From: Balanoglossus misakiensis | Taxonomy: Eukaryota > Animalia > Hemichordata | NCBI GenBank assembly: GCA_040954595.2 | Contig: CM082585.2 | Coordinates: forward strand, 2,014,902-2,078,901 | DNA length: 64,000 nt | Reading direction: 5' to 3' | Shown here: one piece after another, positions 36,601-51,600 of the stretch | Layout of the letters: every line of letters begins with the position of its first letter | Position numbering within the stretch: the stretch's first letter is position 1 | Made by a program: the position numbers and the translations under genes | The notes under the pieces: model-generated | Seen by the model: only the letters and a program-made list of their open reading frames with translations | The model's database searches: none | Told to the model about the DNA's origin: nothing

Positions 36601-39600
36601 GTAAAATGTTCATGGTTGCTTCCAAATACAGCCTCGTTTATTTACCGATTTCTGTTGTGATGCGCATAACACATAGATAGGCCTATGCGCATTATAACGT
36701 TTTCCACTAGACTCTGTAGATCGACGGATAGTTGTAAAATTTCCATGGTTGCTTCCAAACAGCCTCGTTTATTTACCGAATTCTGTTGTTAGGCGCAGAA
36801 CACGTTATAGGCCTATGCGCATAAGAAAGTTTTCCACCAGACTCTGTAGATCGACGGATAGTTGTAAAATTTCCATGGTTGCTTCCAAACAGCCTCGTTT
36901 ATTTACCGAATTCTGTTGTTAGGCGCAGAACACGTTATAGGCCTATGCGCATAAGAAAGTTTTCCACCAGACTCTGTAGATGGACTGATAGTTGTAAAAT
37001 TTCCATGGTTGCTTCCAAACAGCCTCGTTTATTTACTGATTTCTGTTGTGAGGCGCAGAACACATGATAGGCCAATGCGCATAAGACATTTTTCCACTAG
37101 ACTCTGTAGATCGACGGATAGTTGTAAAATTTCCATGGTTGCTACCAAACAACCTCGTTTGTTTACGAATTCTGTTGTGATGCGCAGAACACATATATAG
37201 GGCTATGCGCATAAGAAAGTTTTCCACCAGACTCCGTAGATCGACGGATAGTTGTAAAATTTCCATGGTTGCTTCCAAACAGCCTCGTTTATTTACCGAA
37301 TTCTGTTGTGAGGCGCAGAACACATAGATAGGCATATGTGCATAAGAAAGTTTTCCACTATAGACTCTGTAGATCGAGAGATAGTTCTAAAATGTCCATG
37401 GTTGCTACCAAACACAGCCTCGTTTGTTTACAAAATTCTGTTGTGATGCGCAGAACACATAGATAGGCCTATGCGCATATGAACGTTTTCCACCATACAC
37501 TGTAGATCGAGAGATAGTTCTAAAACTTCCATGTTTGCTTCCAAACAGCCTCGTTTATTTGCGGAATTCTGTTTTGAGGCGCAGAACACATAGATAGGCA
37601 TATGTGAATAAGAAAGTTTTCCACTATAGACTCTGTAGATCGAGAGATAGTTGTAAAATTTCCATGGTTGCTTCCAAACAGCCTCGTTTATTTACCGATT
37701 TCTGTTGTGAGGCGCAGAACACATAGATAGGCCTATGCGCATAAAAAACTTTTCAACTTTAGATCAACGGATAGTTCTAAAATTTCCATGGTTGTTTCCA
37801 AACAGCCTCGTTTATTTACCGAATTCTGTTGTGATGCGTAGAACACATACATATGCCTATGCGCATAAGAAAGTTTTCCACTAGACTCCGTAGATCGACG
37901 AATAGTTCTAAAATGTCCATGGTTGCTTCCAAACAAAGCCTGGTTTGTTTACAAAATTCTGTTGTGATGCGCAGAACACATAGATAGGCCTATGCGCATA
38001 TGAACGTTTTCCACTATACTCTGTAGATCGAGAGATAGTTCTAAAATTTCCATGTTTGCTTCCAAACAGCCTCGTTTATTTACGGAATTCTGTTTTGAGG
38101 CGCAGAACACATAGATAGGCATATGTGCATAAGAAAGTTTTCCACTATAGACTCTGTAGATCGAGAGATAGTTCTAAAATGTCCATGGTTGCTTCCAAAC
38201 ACAGCCTCGTTTGTTTACAAAATTCTGTTGTGATGCGCAGAACACATATATAGGCCTATGCGCATAATAACGTTTTCCACTAGACTCTGTAGATCGACGG
38301 ATAGTTGTAAAATTTCCATGGTTGCTTCCAAACAGCCTCGTTTATTTACCGAATTCTGTTGTGAGGCGCAGAACACATAGATAGGCATATGTGCATAAGA
38401 AAGTTTTCCACTATAGACTCTGTAGATCGAGAGATAGTTCTAAAATGTCCATGGTTGCTACCAAACACAGCCTCGTTTGTTTACAAAATTCTGTTGTGAT
38501 GCGCAGAACACATATATAGGCCTATGCGCATAAGAACGTTTCCACTAGACTCTGTAGATCGACGGATAGTTGTAAAATTTCCATGGTTGCTTCCAAACAG
38601 CCTCGTTTATTTACCGAATTCTGTTGTTAGGCGCAGAACACGTTATAGGCCTATGCGCATAAGAAAGTTTTCCACCAGACTCTGTAGATGGACTGATAGT
38701 TGTAAAATTTCCATGGTTGCTTCCAAACAGCCTCGTTTATTTACTGATTTCTGTTGTGAGGCGCTGAACACATGATAGGCCAATGCGCATAAGACATTTT
38801 TCCACTAGACTCTGTAGATCGACGGATAGTTGTAAAATTTCCATGGTTGCTTCCAAACAACCTCGTTTGTTTACGAATTCTGTTGTGATGCGCAGGACAC
38901 ATATATAGGCCTATGCGCATAAGAACGTTTTCCACTAGACTCTGTAGATCGAGAGATAGTTCTAAAATTTCCATGGTTGCTTCCAAACAGCCTCGTTTAT
39001 TTACCGAATTCTGTTGTGAGACGCAGAACACGTAATAGGCCTATGCGCATAAGAAAGTTTTCCACCAGACTCCGTAGATCGACGGATAGTTGTAAAATTT
39101 CCATGGTTGCTTCCAAACAGCCTCGTTTATTTACCGAATTCTGTTGTGAGGCGCAGAACACATAGATAGGCATATGTGCATAAGAAAGTTTTCCACTATA
39201 GACTCTGTAGATCGAGAGATAGTTCTAAAATGTCCATGGTTGCTACCAAACACAGCCTCGTTTGTTTACAAAATTCTGTTGTGATGCGCAGAACACATAG
39301 ATAGGCCTATGCGCATATGAACGTTTTCCACTATACACTGTAGATCGAGAGATAGTTCTAAAACTGCCATGTTTGCTTCCAAACAGCCTCGTTTATTTGC
39401 GGAATTCTGTTTTGAGGCGCAGAACACATAGATAGGCATATGTGAATAAGAAAGTTTTCCACTATAGACTCTGTAGATCGAGAGATAGTTGTAAAATTTC
39501 CATGGTTGCTTCCAAACAGCCTCGTTTATTTACCGATTTCTGTTGTGAGGCGCAGAACACATAGATAGGCCTATGCGCATAAAAAACTTTTCAACTTTAG

Positions 39601-42600
39601 ATCAACGGATAGTTCTAAAATTTCCATGGTTGTTTCCAAACAGCCTCGTTTATTTACCGAATTCTGTTGTGATGCGTAGAACACATACATATGCCTATGC
39701 GCATAAGAAAGTTTTCCACTAGACTCCGTAGATCGACGAATAGTTCTAAAATGTCCATGGTTGCTTCCAAACAAAGCCTGGTTTGTTTACAAAATTCTGT
39801 TGTGATGCGCAGAACACATAGATAGGCCTATGCGCATATGAACGTTTTCCACTATACTCTGTAGATCGAGAGATAGTTCTAAAATTGCCATGTTTGCTTC
39901 CAAACAGCCTCGTTTATTTACGGAATTCTGTTTTGAGGCGCAGAACACATAGATAGGCATATGTGCATAAGAAAGTTTTCCACTATAGACTCTGTAGATC
40001 GAGAGATAGTTCTAAAATGTCCATGGTTGCTTCCAAACACAGCCTCGTTTGTTTACAAAATTCTTTTGTGATGCGCAGAACACATATATAGGCCTATGCG
40101 CATAAGAACGTTTTCCACTAGACTCTGTAGATCGACGGATAGTTGTAAAATTTCCATGGTTGCTTCCAAACAGCCTCGTTTATTTACCGAATTCTGTTGT
40201 GAGGCACAGAACACATAGATAGGCCTATGTGCATAAGAAAGTTTTCCACTATAGACTCTGTAGATCGAGAGATAGTTCTAAAATGTCCATGGTTGCTTCC
40301 AAACACAGCCTCGTTTGTTTACAAAATTCTGTTGTGATGCGCAGAACACATATATAGGCCTATGCGCATAATAACGTTTTCCACTAGACTCTGTAGATCG
40401 ACGGATAGTTGTAAAATTTCCATGGTTGCTTCCAAACAGCCTCGTTTATTTACCGAATTCTGTTGTGAGGCGCAGAACACATAGATAGGCATATGTGCAT
40501 AAGAAAGTTTTCCACTATAGACTCTGTAGATCGAGAGATAGTTCTAAAATGTCCATGGTTGCTACCAAACACAGCCTCGTTTGTTTACAAAATTCTGTTG
40601 TGATGCGCAGAACACATATATAGGCCTATGCGCATAAGAACGTTTCCACTAGACTCTGTAGATCGACGGATAGCTGTAAAATTTCCATGGTTGCTTCCAA
40701 ACAGCCTCGTTTATTTACCGATTTCTGTTGTGAGGCGCAGAACACATGATAGGCCTATGCGCATGAGACATTTTTCCACTAGACTCTGTAGATCGACGGA
40801 TAGTTGTAAAATTTCATGGTTGCTTCCAAATACAGCCTCGTTTATTTACCGATTTCTGTTGTGAGGCGCAGAACACATAGATAGGCCTATGTGCATAAGA
40901 AAGTTTTCCACTATAGACTCTGTAGATCGAGAGATAGTTCTAAAATGTCCATGGTTGCTACCAAACACAGCCTCGTTTGTTTACAAAATTCTGTTGTGAT
41001 GCGCAGAACACATATATAGGCCTATGCGCATAAGAACGTTTCCACTAGACTCTGTAGATCGACGGATAGCTGTAAAATTTCCATGGTTGCTTCCAAACAG
41101 CCTCGTTTATTTACCGATTTCTGTTGTGAGGCGCAGAACACATGATAGGCCTATGCGCATGAGACATTTTTCCACTAGACTCTGTAGATCGACGGATAGT
41201 TGTAAAATTTCATGGTTGCTTCCAAATACAGCCTCGTTTATTTACCGATTTCTGTTGTGAGGCGCAGAACACATAGATAGGCCTATGTGCATAAGAAAGT
41301 TTTCCACTATAGACTCTGTAGATCGAGAGATAGTTCTAAAATGTCCATGGTTGCTTCCAAACACAGCCTCGTTTGTTTACAAAATTCTGTTGTGATGCGC
41401 AGAACACATATATAGGCCTATGCGCATAATAACGTTTTCCACTAGACTCTGTAGATCGACGGATAGTTGTAAAATTTCCATGGTTGCTTCCAAACAGCCT
41501 CGTTTATTTACCGATTTCTGTTGTGAGGCGCAGAACACATGATAGGCCTATGCGCATGAGACATTTTTCCACTAGACTCTGTAGATCGACGGATAGTTGT
41601 AAAATTTCATGGTTGCTTCCAAATACAGCCTCGTTTATTTACCGATTTCTGTTGTGAGGCGCAGAACACATAGATAGGCCTATGTGCATAAGAAAGTTTT
41701 CCACTATAGACTCTGTAGATCGAGAGATAGTTCTAAAATGTCCATGGTTGCTTCCAAACACAGCCTCGTTTGTTTACAAAATTCTGTTGTGATGCGCAGA
41801 ACACATATATAGGCCTATGCGCATAATAACGTTTTCCACTAGACTCTGTAGATCGACGGATAGTTGTAAAATTTCCATGGTTGCTTCCAAACAGCCTCGT
41901 TTATTTACCGAATTCTGTTGTGAGGCGCAGAACACATAGATAGGCATATGTGCATAAGAAAGTTTTCCACTATAGACTCTGTAGATCGAGACATAGTTCT
42001 AAAATGTCCATGGTTGCTACCATACACAGCCTCGTTTGTTTACAAAATTCTGTTGTGATGCGCAGAACACATATATAGGCCTATGCGCATAAGAACGTTT
42101 CCACTAGACTCTGTAGATCGACGGATTGCTGTAAAATTTCATGGTTGCTTCCAAATACAGCCTCGTTTATTTACCGATTTCTGTTGTGATGCGCATAACA
42201 CATAGATAGGCCTATGCGCATAAGAACGTTTTACACTAGACTCTGTAGATCGACGGATAGTTGTACAATTTCCATGGTTGCTTCCAAACAGCTTCGTTTA
42301 TTTACCGATTTCTGTTGTGAGGCGCAGAACACATGATAGGCCTATGTGCATAAGAAAGTTTTCCACTATAGACTCTGTAGATCGAGAGATAGTTCTAAAA
42401 TGTCCATGGTTGCTACCAAACACAGCCTCGTTTGTTTACAAAATTCTGTTGTGATGCGCAGAACACATATATAGGCCTATGCGCATAAGAACGTTTCCAC
42501 TAGACTCTGTAGATCGACGGATAGCTGTAAAATTTCCATGGTTGCTTCCAAACAGCCTCGTTTATTTACCGATTTCTGTTGTGAGGCGCAGAACACATGA

Positions 42601-45600
42601 TAGGCCTATGCGCATGAGACATTTTTCCACTAGACTCTGTAGATCGACGGATAGTTGTAAAATTTCATGGTTGCTTCCAAATACAGCCTCGTTTATTTAC
42701 CGATTTCTGTTGTGAGGCGCAGAACACATAGATAGGCCTATGTGCATAAGAAAGTTTTCCACTATAGACTCTGTAGATCGAGAGATAGTTCTAAAATGTC
42801 CATGGTTGCTACCAAACACAGCCTCGTTTGTTTACAAAATTCTGTTGTGATGCGCAGAACACATATATAGGCCTATGCGCATAAGAACGTTTCCACTAGA
42901 CTCTGTAGATCGACGGATAGCTGTAAAATTTCCATGGTTGCTTCCAAACAGCCTCGTTTATTTACCGATTTCTGTTGTGAGGCGCAGAACACATGATAGG
43001 CCTATGCGCATGAGACATTTTTCCACTAGACTCTGTAGATCGACGGATAGTTGTAAAATTTCATGGTTGCTTCCAAATACAGCCTCGTTTATTTACCGAT
43101 TTCTGTTGTGAGGCGCAGAACACATAGATAGGCCTATGTGCATAAGAAAGTTTTCCACTATAGACTCTGTAGATCGAGAGATAGTTCTAAAATGTCCATG
43201 GTTGCTTCCAAACACAGCCTCGTTTGTTTACAAAATTCTGTTGTGATGCGCAGAACACATATATAGGCCTATGCGCATAATAACGTTTTCCACTAGACTC
43301 TGTAGATCGACGGATAGTTGTAAAATTTCCATGGTTGCTTCCAAACAGCCTCGTTTATTTACCGATTTCTGTTGTGAGGCGCAGAACACATGATAGGCCT
43401 ATGCGCATGAGACATTTTTCCACTAGACTCTGTAGATCGACGGATAGTTGTAAAATTTCATGGTTGCTTCCAAATACAGCCTCGTTTATTTACCGATTTC
43501 TGTTGTGAGGCGCAGAACACATAGATAGGCCTATGTGCATAAGAAAGTTTTCCACTATAGACTCTGTAGATCGAGAGATAGTTCTAAAATGTCCATGGTT
43601 GCTTCCAAACACAGCCTCGTTTGTTTACAAAATTCTGTTGTGATGCGCAGAACACATATATAGGCCTATGCGCATAATAACGTTTTCCACTAGACTCTGT
43701 AGATCGACGGATAGTTGTAAAATTTCCATGGTTGCTTCCAAACAGCCTCGTTTATTTACCGAATTCTGTTGTGAGGCGCAGAACACATAGATAGGCATAT
43801 GTGCATAAGAAAGTTTTCCACTATAGACTCTGTAGATCGAGACATAGTTCTAAAATGTCCATGGTTGCTACCATACACAGCCTCGTTTGTTTACAAAATT
43901 CTGTTGTGATGCGCAGAACACATATATAGGCCTATGCGCATAAGAACGTTTCCACTAGACTCTGTAGATCGACGGATTGCTGTAAAATTTCATGGTTGCT
44001 TCCAAATACAGCCTCGTTTATTTACCGATTTCTGTTGTGATGCGCATAACACATAGATAGGCCTATGCGCATAAGAACGTTTTACACTAGACTCTGTAGA
44101 TCGACGGATAGTTGTACAATTTCCATGGTTGCTTCCAAACAGCTTCGTTTATTTACCGATTTCTGTTGTGAGGCGCAGAACACATGATAGGCCTATGCGC
44201 ATAAGACATTTTTCCACTAGACTCTGTAGATCGACGGATAGTTCTAAAAGTTCCATGGTTGCTTCCAAACAGCCTCGTTTATTTACCGAATTCTGTTGTG
44301 AGGCGCAGAGCACGTAATAGGCCTATGCGCATAAGAAAGTTTTCCACCAGACTCTGTAGATCGACGGATAGTTGTAAAATTTCCATGGTTGCTTCCAAAC
44401 AGCCTCGTTTATTTACCGATTTCTGTTGTGATGCGCAGAACACATAGATAGGCATATGTGCATAATAACGTTTCTACTAGACTCTGTAGATCGACGGATA
44501 GCTGTAAAATTTCCATGGTTGCTTTTAAACAGCCTCGTTTATTTACCGATTTCTGTTGTGAGGCGCAGAACACATGATAGGCCTATGCGCATGAGACATT
44601 TTCCCACTAGACTCTGTAGATCGACGGATAGTTGTAAAATTTCATGGTTGCTTCCAAATACAGCCTCGTTTATTTACCGATTTCTGTTGTGAGGCGCAGA
44701 ACACATAGATAGGCCTATGTGCATAAGAAAGTTTTCCACTATAGACTCTGTAGATCGAGAGATAGTTCTAAAATGTCCATGGTTGCTTCCAAACACAGCC
44801 TCGTTTGTTTACAAAATTCTGTTGTGATGCGCAGAACACATATATAGGCCTATGCGCATAATAACGTTTTCCACTAGACTCTGTAGATCGACGGATAGTT
44901 GTAAAATTTCCATGGTTGCTTCCAAACAGCCTCGTTTATTTACCGATTTCTGTTGTGAGGCGCAGAACACATGATAGGCCTATGCGCATGAGACATTTTT
45001 CCACTAGACTCTGTAGATCGACGGATAGTTGTAAAATTTCATGGTTGCTTCCAAATACAGCCTCGTTTATTTACCGATTTCTGTTGTGAGGCGCAGAACA
45101 CATAGATAGGCCTATGTGCATAAGAAAGTTTTCCACTATAGACTCTGTAGATCGAGAGATAGTTCTAAAATGTCCATGGTTGCTTCCAAACACAGCCTCG
45201 TTTGTTTACAAAATTCTGTTGTGATGCGCAGAACACATATATAGGCCTATGCGCATAATAACGTTTTCCACTAGACTCTGTAGATCGACGGATAGTTGTA
45301 AAATTTCCATGGTTGCTTCCAAACAGCCTCGTTTATTTACCGATTTCTGTTGTGAGGCGCAGAACACATGATAGGCCTATGCGCATGAGACATTTTTCCA
45401 CTAGACTCTGTAGATCGACGGATAGTTGTAAAATTTCATGGTTGCTTCCAAATACAGCCTCGTTTATTTACCGATTTCTGTTGTGAGGCGCAGAACACAT
45501 AGATAGGCCTATGTGCATAAGAAAGTTTTCCACTATAGACTCTGTAGATCGAGAGATAGTTCTAAAATGTCCATGGTTGCTTCCAAACACAGCCTCGTTT

Positions 45601-48600
45601 GTTTACAAAATTCTGTTGTGATGCGCAGAACACATATATAGGCCTATGCGCATAATAACGTTTTCCACTAGACTCTGTAGATCGACGGATAGTTGTAAAA
45701 TTTCCATGGTTGCTTCCAAACAGCCTCGTTTATTTACCGAATTCTGTTGTGAGGCGCAGAACACATGATAGGCCTATGCGCATAAGACATTTTTCCACTA
45801 GACTCTGTAGATCGACGGATAGTTCTAAAATTTCCATGGTTGCTTCCAAACAGCCTCGTTTATTTACCGAATTCTGTTGTGAGGCGCAGAGCACGTAATA
45901 GGCCTATGCGCATAAGAAAGTTTTCCACCAGACTCTGTAGATCGACGGATAGTTGTACAATTTCCATGGTTGCTTCCAAACAGCCTCGTTTATTTACCGA
46001 TTTCTGTTGTGATGCGCAGAACACATAGATAGGCATATGTGCATAATAAAGTTTTCCACTAGACTCTGTAGATCGAGAGATAGTTCTAAAATTTCCATGG
46101 TTGCTTCCAAACACAGCCTCGTTTGTTTACAAAATTCTGTTGTGATGCGCATAACACATAGATAGGCCTATGCGCATAAGAACGTTTTCCACTAGACTCT
46201 GTAGATCGACGGATAGTTGTACAATTTCCATGGTTGCTTCCAAACAGCATCGTTTATTTACCGATTTCTGTTGTGAGGCGCAGAACACATAGATAGGCAT
46301 ATGTGCATAAGAAAGTTTTCCACTATAGACTCTGTAGATCGAGAGATAGTTCTAAAATGTCCATGGTTGCTTCCAAACACAGCCTCGTTTATTTACCGAT
46401 TTCTGTTGTGATGCGCATAACACATAGATAGGCCTATGCGCATAAGAACGTTTTCCACTAGACTCTGTAGATCGACGGATAGTTGTACAATTTCCATGGT
46501 TGCTTCCAAACAGCATCGTTTATTTACCGAATTCTGTTGTGAGGCGCAGAACACGTAATAGGTCTATGCGCATAAGGAAGTTTTCCACCAGACTCTGTAG
46601 ATCGACGGATAGTTGTAAAATTTCATGGTTGCTTCCAAATACAGCCTCGTTTATTTACCGATTTCTGTTGTGATGCGCATAACACATAGATAGGCCTATG
46701 CGCATAAGAACGTTTTCCACTAGACTATGTAGATCGACGGATAGTTGTACAATTTCCATGGTTGCTTCCAAACAGCCTCGTTTATTTACCGATTTCTGTT
46801 GTGAGGCGCAGAACACATGATAGGCCTATGCGCATAAGACATTTTTCCACTAGACTCTGTAGATCGACGGATAGTTCTAAAATTTCCATGGTTGCTTCCA
46901 AACAGCCTCGTTTATTTACCGAATTCTGTTGTGAGGCGCAGAGCACGCAATAGGCCTATGCGCATAAGAAAGTTTTCCACCAGACTCCGTAGATCGACGG
47001 ATAGTTGTAAAAGTTCCATGGTTGTTTCCAAACACAGCCTCGTTCATTTACAAAATTCTGTTGTGATGCGCTGAACACATACATATGCCTATGCGCATAA
47101 GAAAGTTTCCCACTAGACTCTGTAGATCGACGGATAGTTCTAAAATTTCCATGATTTCTTCCAAACACATCCTCGATTGTTTACAAAATTCTGTTGTGAT
47201 GCGCAGAACACATAGATAGGCCTGTGCGCATATGAACGTTTTCCACTATACACTGTAGATCCAGAGATAGTTCTAAAACTTCCATGTTTGCTTCCAAACA
47301 GCCTCGTTTATTTGCGGAATTCTGTTTTGAGGCGCAGAACACATAGATAGGCATATGTGAATAAGAAAGTTTTCCACTATAGACTCTGTAGATCGAGAGA
47401 TAGTTGTAAAATTTCCATGGTTGCTTCCAAACAGCCTCGTTTATTTACCGATTTCTGTTGTGAGGCGCAGAACACATAGATAGGCCTATGCGCATAAAAA
47501 ACTTTTCAACTTTAGATCAACGGATAGTTCAAAAATTTCCATGGTTGTTTCCAAACAGCCTCGTTTATTTACCGAATTCTGTTGTGATGCGTAGAACACA
47601 TACATATGCCTATGCGCATAAGAAAGTTTTCCACTAGACTCCGTAGATCGACGAATAGTTCTAAAATGTCCATGGTTGCTTCCAAACAGCCTCGTTTATT
47701 GACGGAATTCTGTTTTGAGGCGCAGAACACATAGATAGGCATATGTGCATAAGAAAGTTTTCCACTATAGACTCTGTACATCGAGAGATAGTTCTAAAAT
47801 TTCCATGGTTGCTTCCAAACACAGCCTCGTTTGTTTACAAAATTCTGTTGTGATGCGCAGAACACATATATAGGCCTATGCGCATAAGAACGTTTTCCAC
47901 TAGACTCTGTAGATCGACGGATAGTTCTAAAATTTCCATGGTTGCTTCCAAACAGCCTCGTTTATTTACCGAATTCTGTTGTGAGGCACAGAACACATTG
48001 ATAGGCCTATGTGCATAAGAAAGTTTTCCACTATAGACTCTGTAGATCGAGAGATAGTTCTAAAATGTCCATGGTTGCTTCCAAACACAGCCTCGTTTGT
48101 TTACAAAATTCTGTTGTGATGCGCAGAACACATATATAGGCCTATGCGCATAATAACGTTTTCCACTAGACTCTGTAGATCGACGGATAGTTGTAAAATT
48201 TCCATGGTTGCTTCCAAACAGCCTCGTTTATTTACCGAATTCTGTTGTGAGGCGCAGAACACATAGATAGGCATATGTGCATAAGAAAGTTTTCCACTAT
48301 AGACTCTGTAGATCGAGAGATAGTTCTAAAATGTCCATGGTTGCTACCAAACACAGCCTCGTTTGTTTACAAAATTCTGTTGTGATGCGCAGAACACATA
48401 TATAGGCCTATGCGCATAAGAACGTTTCCACTAGACTCTGTAGATCGACGGATAGCTGTAAAATTTCCATGGTTGCTTCCAAACAGCCTCGTTTATTTAC
48501 CGATTTCTGTTGTGAGGCGCAGAACACATGATAGGCCTATGCGCATGAGACATTTTTCCACTAGACTCTGTAGATCGACGGATAGCTGTAAAATTTCCAT

Positions 48601-51600
48601 GGTTGCTTCCAAACAGCCTCGTTTATTTACCGATTTCTGTTGTGAGGCGCAGAACACATGATAGGCCTATGCGCATGAGACATTTTTCCACTAGACTCTG
48701 TAGATCGACGGATAGTTGTAAAATTTCATGGTTGCTTCCAAATACAGCCTCGTTTATTTACCGATTTCTGTTGTGATGCGCATAACACATTGATAGGCCT
48801 ATGCGCATAAGAACGTTTCCACTAGACTTTGTAGATCGACGGATAGTTCTACAATGTCCATGGTTGCTTCCAAACAGCCTCGTTTATTTACCGAATTCTG
48901 TTTAGAGGCGCAGAACACGTAATAGGTCTATGCGCATAAGGAAGTTTTCCACCAGACTCTGTAGATCGACGGATAGTTGTAAAATTTCATGGTTGCTTCC
49001 AAATACAGCCTCGTTTATTTACCGATTTCTGTTGTGATGCGCATAACACATAGATAGGCCTATGCGCATAAGAACGTTTTCCACTAGACTCTTTAGATCG
49101 ACGGATAGTTGTACAATTTCCATGGTTGCTTCCAAACAGCCTCGTTTATTTACCGATTTCTGTTGTGAGGCGCAGAACACATGATAGGCCTATGCGCATA
49201 AGACATTTTTCCACTAGACTCTGTAGATCGACGGATAGTTCTAAAATTTCCATGGTTGCTTCCAAACAGCCTCGTTTATTTACCGAATTCTGTTGTGAGG
49301 CGCAGAGCACGTAATAGGCCTATGCGCATAAGAAAGTTTTCCACCAGACTCTGTAGATCGACGGATAGTTGTAAAATTTCCATGGTTGCTTCCAAACAGC
49401 CTCGTTTATTTACCGATTTCTGTTGTGATGCGCAGAACACATAGATAGGCATATGTGCATAATAAAGTTTTCCACTAGACTCTGTAGATCGAGAGATAGT
49501 TCTAAAATTTCCATGGTTGCTTCCAAACACAGCCTCGTTTGTTTACAAAATTCTGTTGTGATGCGCAGAACACATATATAGGCCTATGCGCATAATAACG
49601 TTTTCCACTAGACTCTGTAGATCGACGGATAGTTGTAAAATTTCCATGGTTGCTTCCAAACAGCCTCGTTTATTTACCGAATTCTGTTGTGAGGCGCAGA
49701 ACACATAGATAGGCATATGTGCATAAGAAAGTTTTCCACTATAGACTCTGTAGATCGAGAGATAGTTCTAAAATGTCCATGGTTGCTTCCAAACACAGCC
49801 TCGTTTGTTTACAAAATTCTGTTGTGATGCGCAGAACACATATATAGGCCTATGCGCATAATAACGTTTTCCACTAGACTCTGTAGATCGACGGATAGCT
49901 GTAAAATTTCCATGGTTGCTTCCAAACAGCCTCGTTTATTTACCGAATTCTGTTGTGAGGCGCAGAACACATAGATAGGCATATGTGCATAAGAAAGTTT
50001 TCCACTACAGACTCTGTAGATCGAGAGATAGTTCTAAAATGTCCATGGTTGCTTCCAAACACAGCCTCGTTTATTTACCGATTTCTGTTGTGATGCGCAT
50101 AACACATAGATAGGCCTATGCGCATAAGAACGTTTTCCACTAGACTCTGTAGATCGACGGATAGCTGTAAAATTTCCATGGTTGCTTCCAAACAGCCTCG
50201 TTTATTTACCGATTTCTGTTGTGAGGCGCAGAACACATGATAGGCCTATGCGCATGAGACATTTTTCCACTAGACTCTGTAGATCGACGGATAGTTGTAA
50301 AATTTCATGGTTGCTTCCAAATACAGCCTCGTTTATTTACCGATTTCTGTTGTGATGCGCATAACACATTGATAGGCCTATGCGCATAAGAACGTTTCCA
50401 CTAGACTTTGTAGATCGACGGATAGTTGTACAATGTCCATGGTTGCTTCCAAACAGCCTCGTTTATTTACCGAATTCTGTTGTGAGGCGCAGAGCACGTA
50501 ATAGGCCTATGCGCATAAGAAAGTTTTCCACCAGACTCTGTAGATCGACGGATAGTTGTAAAATTTCCATGGTTGCTTCCAAACAGCCTCGTTTATTTAC
50601 CGATTTCTGTTGTGAGGCGCAGAGCACGCAATAGGCCTATGCGCATAAGAAAGTTTTCCACCAGACTCCGTAGATCGACGGATAGTTGTAAAAGTTCCAT
50701 GGTTGTTTCCAAACACAGCCTCGTTCATTTACAAAATTCTGTTGTGATGCGCTGAACACATACATATGCCTATGCGCATAAGAAAGTTTCCCACTAGACT
50801 CTGTAGATCGACGGATAGTTCTAAAATTTCCATGATTTCTTCCAAACACATCCTCGATTGTTTACAAAATTCTGTTGTGATGCGCAGAACACATATATAG
50901 GCCTATGCGCATAATAACGTTTTCCACTAGACTCTGTAGATCGACGGATAGTTGTAAAATTTCCATGGTTGCTTCCAAACAGCCTCGTTTATTTACCGAA
51001 TTCTGTTGTGATGCGCAGAACACATAGATAGGCATATGTGCATAAGAAAGTTTTCCACTATAGACTCTGTAGATCGAGAGATAGTTCTAAAATGTCCATG
51101 GTTGCTTCCAAACACAGCCTCGTTTGTTTACAAAATTCTGTTGTGATGCGCAGAACACATATATAGGCCTATGCGCATAATAACGTTTTCCACTAGACTC
51201 TGTAGATCGACGGATAGCTGTAAAATTTCCATGGTTGCTTCCAAACAGCCTCGTTTATTTACCGAATTCTGTTGTGAGGCGCAGAACACATAGATAGGCA
51301 TATGTGCATAAGAAAGTTTTCCACTACAGACTCTGTAGATCGAGAGATAGTTCTAAAATGTCCATGGTTGCTTCCAAACACAGCCTCGTTTATTTACCGA
51401 TTTCTGTTGTGATGCGCATAACACATAGATAGGCCTATGCGCATAAGAACGTTTTCCACTAGACTCTGTAGATCGACGGATAGCTGTAAAATTTCCATGG
51501 TTGCTTCCAAACAGCCTCGTTTATTTACCGATTTCTGTTGTGAGGCGCAGAACACATGATAGGCCTATGCGCATGAGACATTTTTCCACTAGACTCTGTA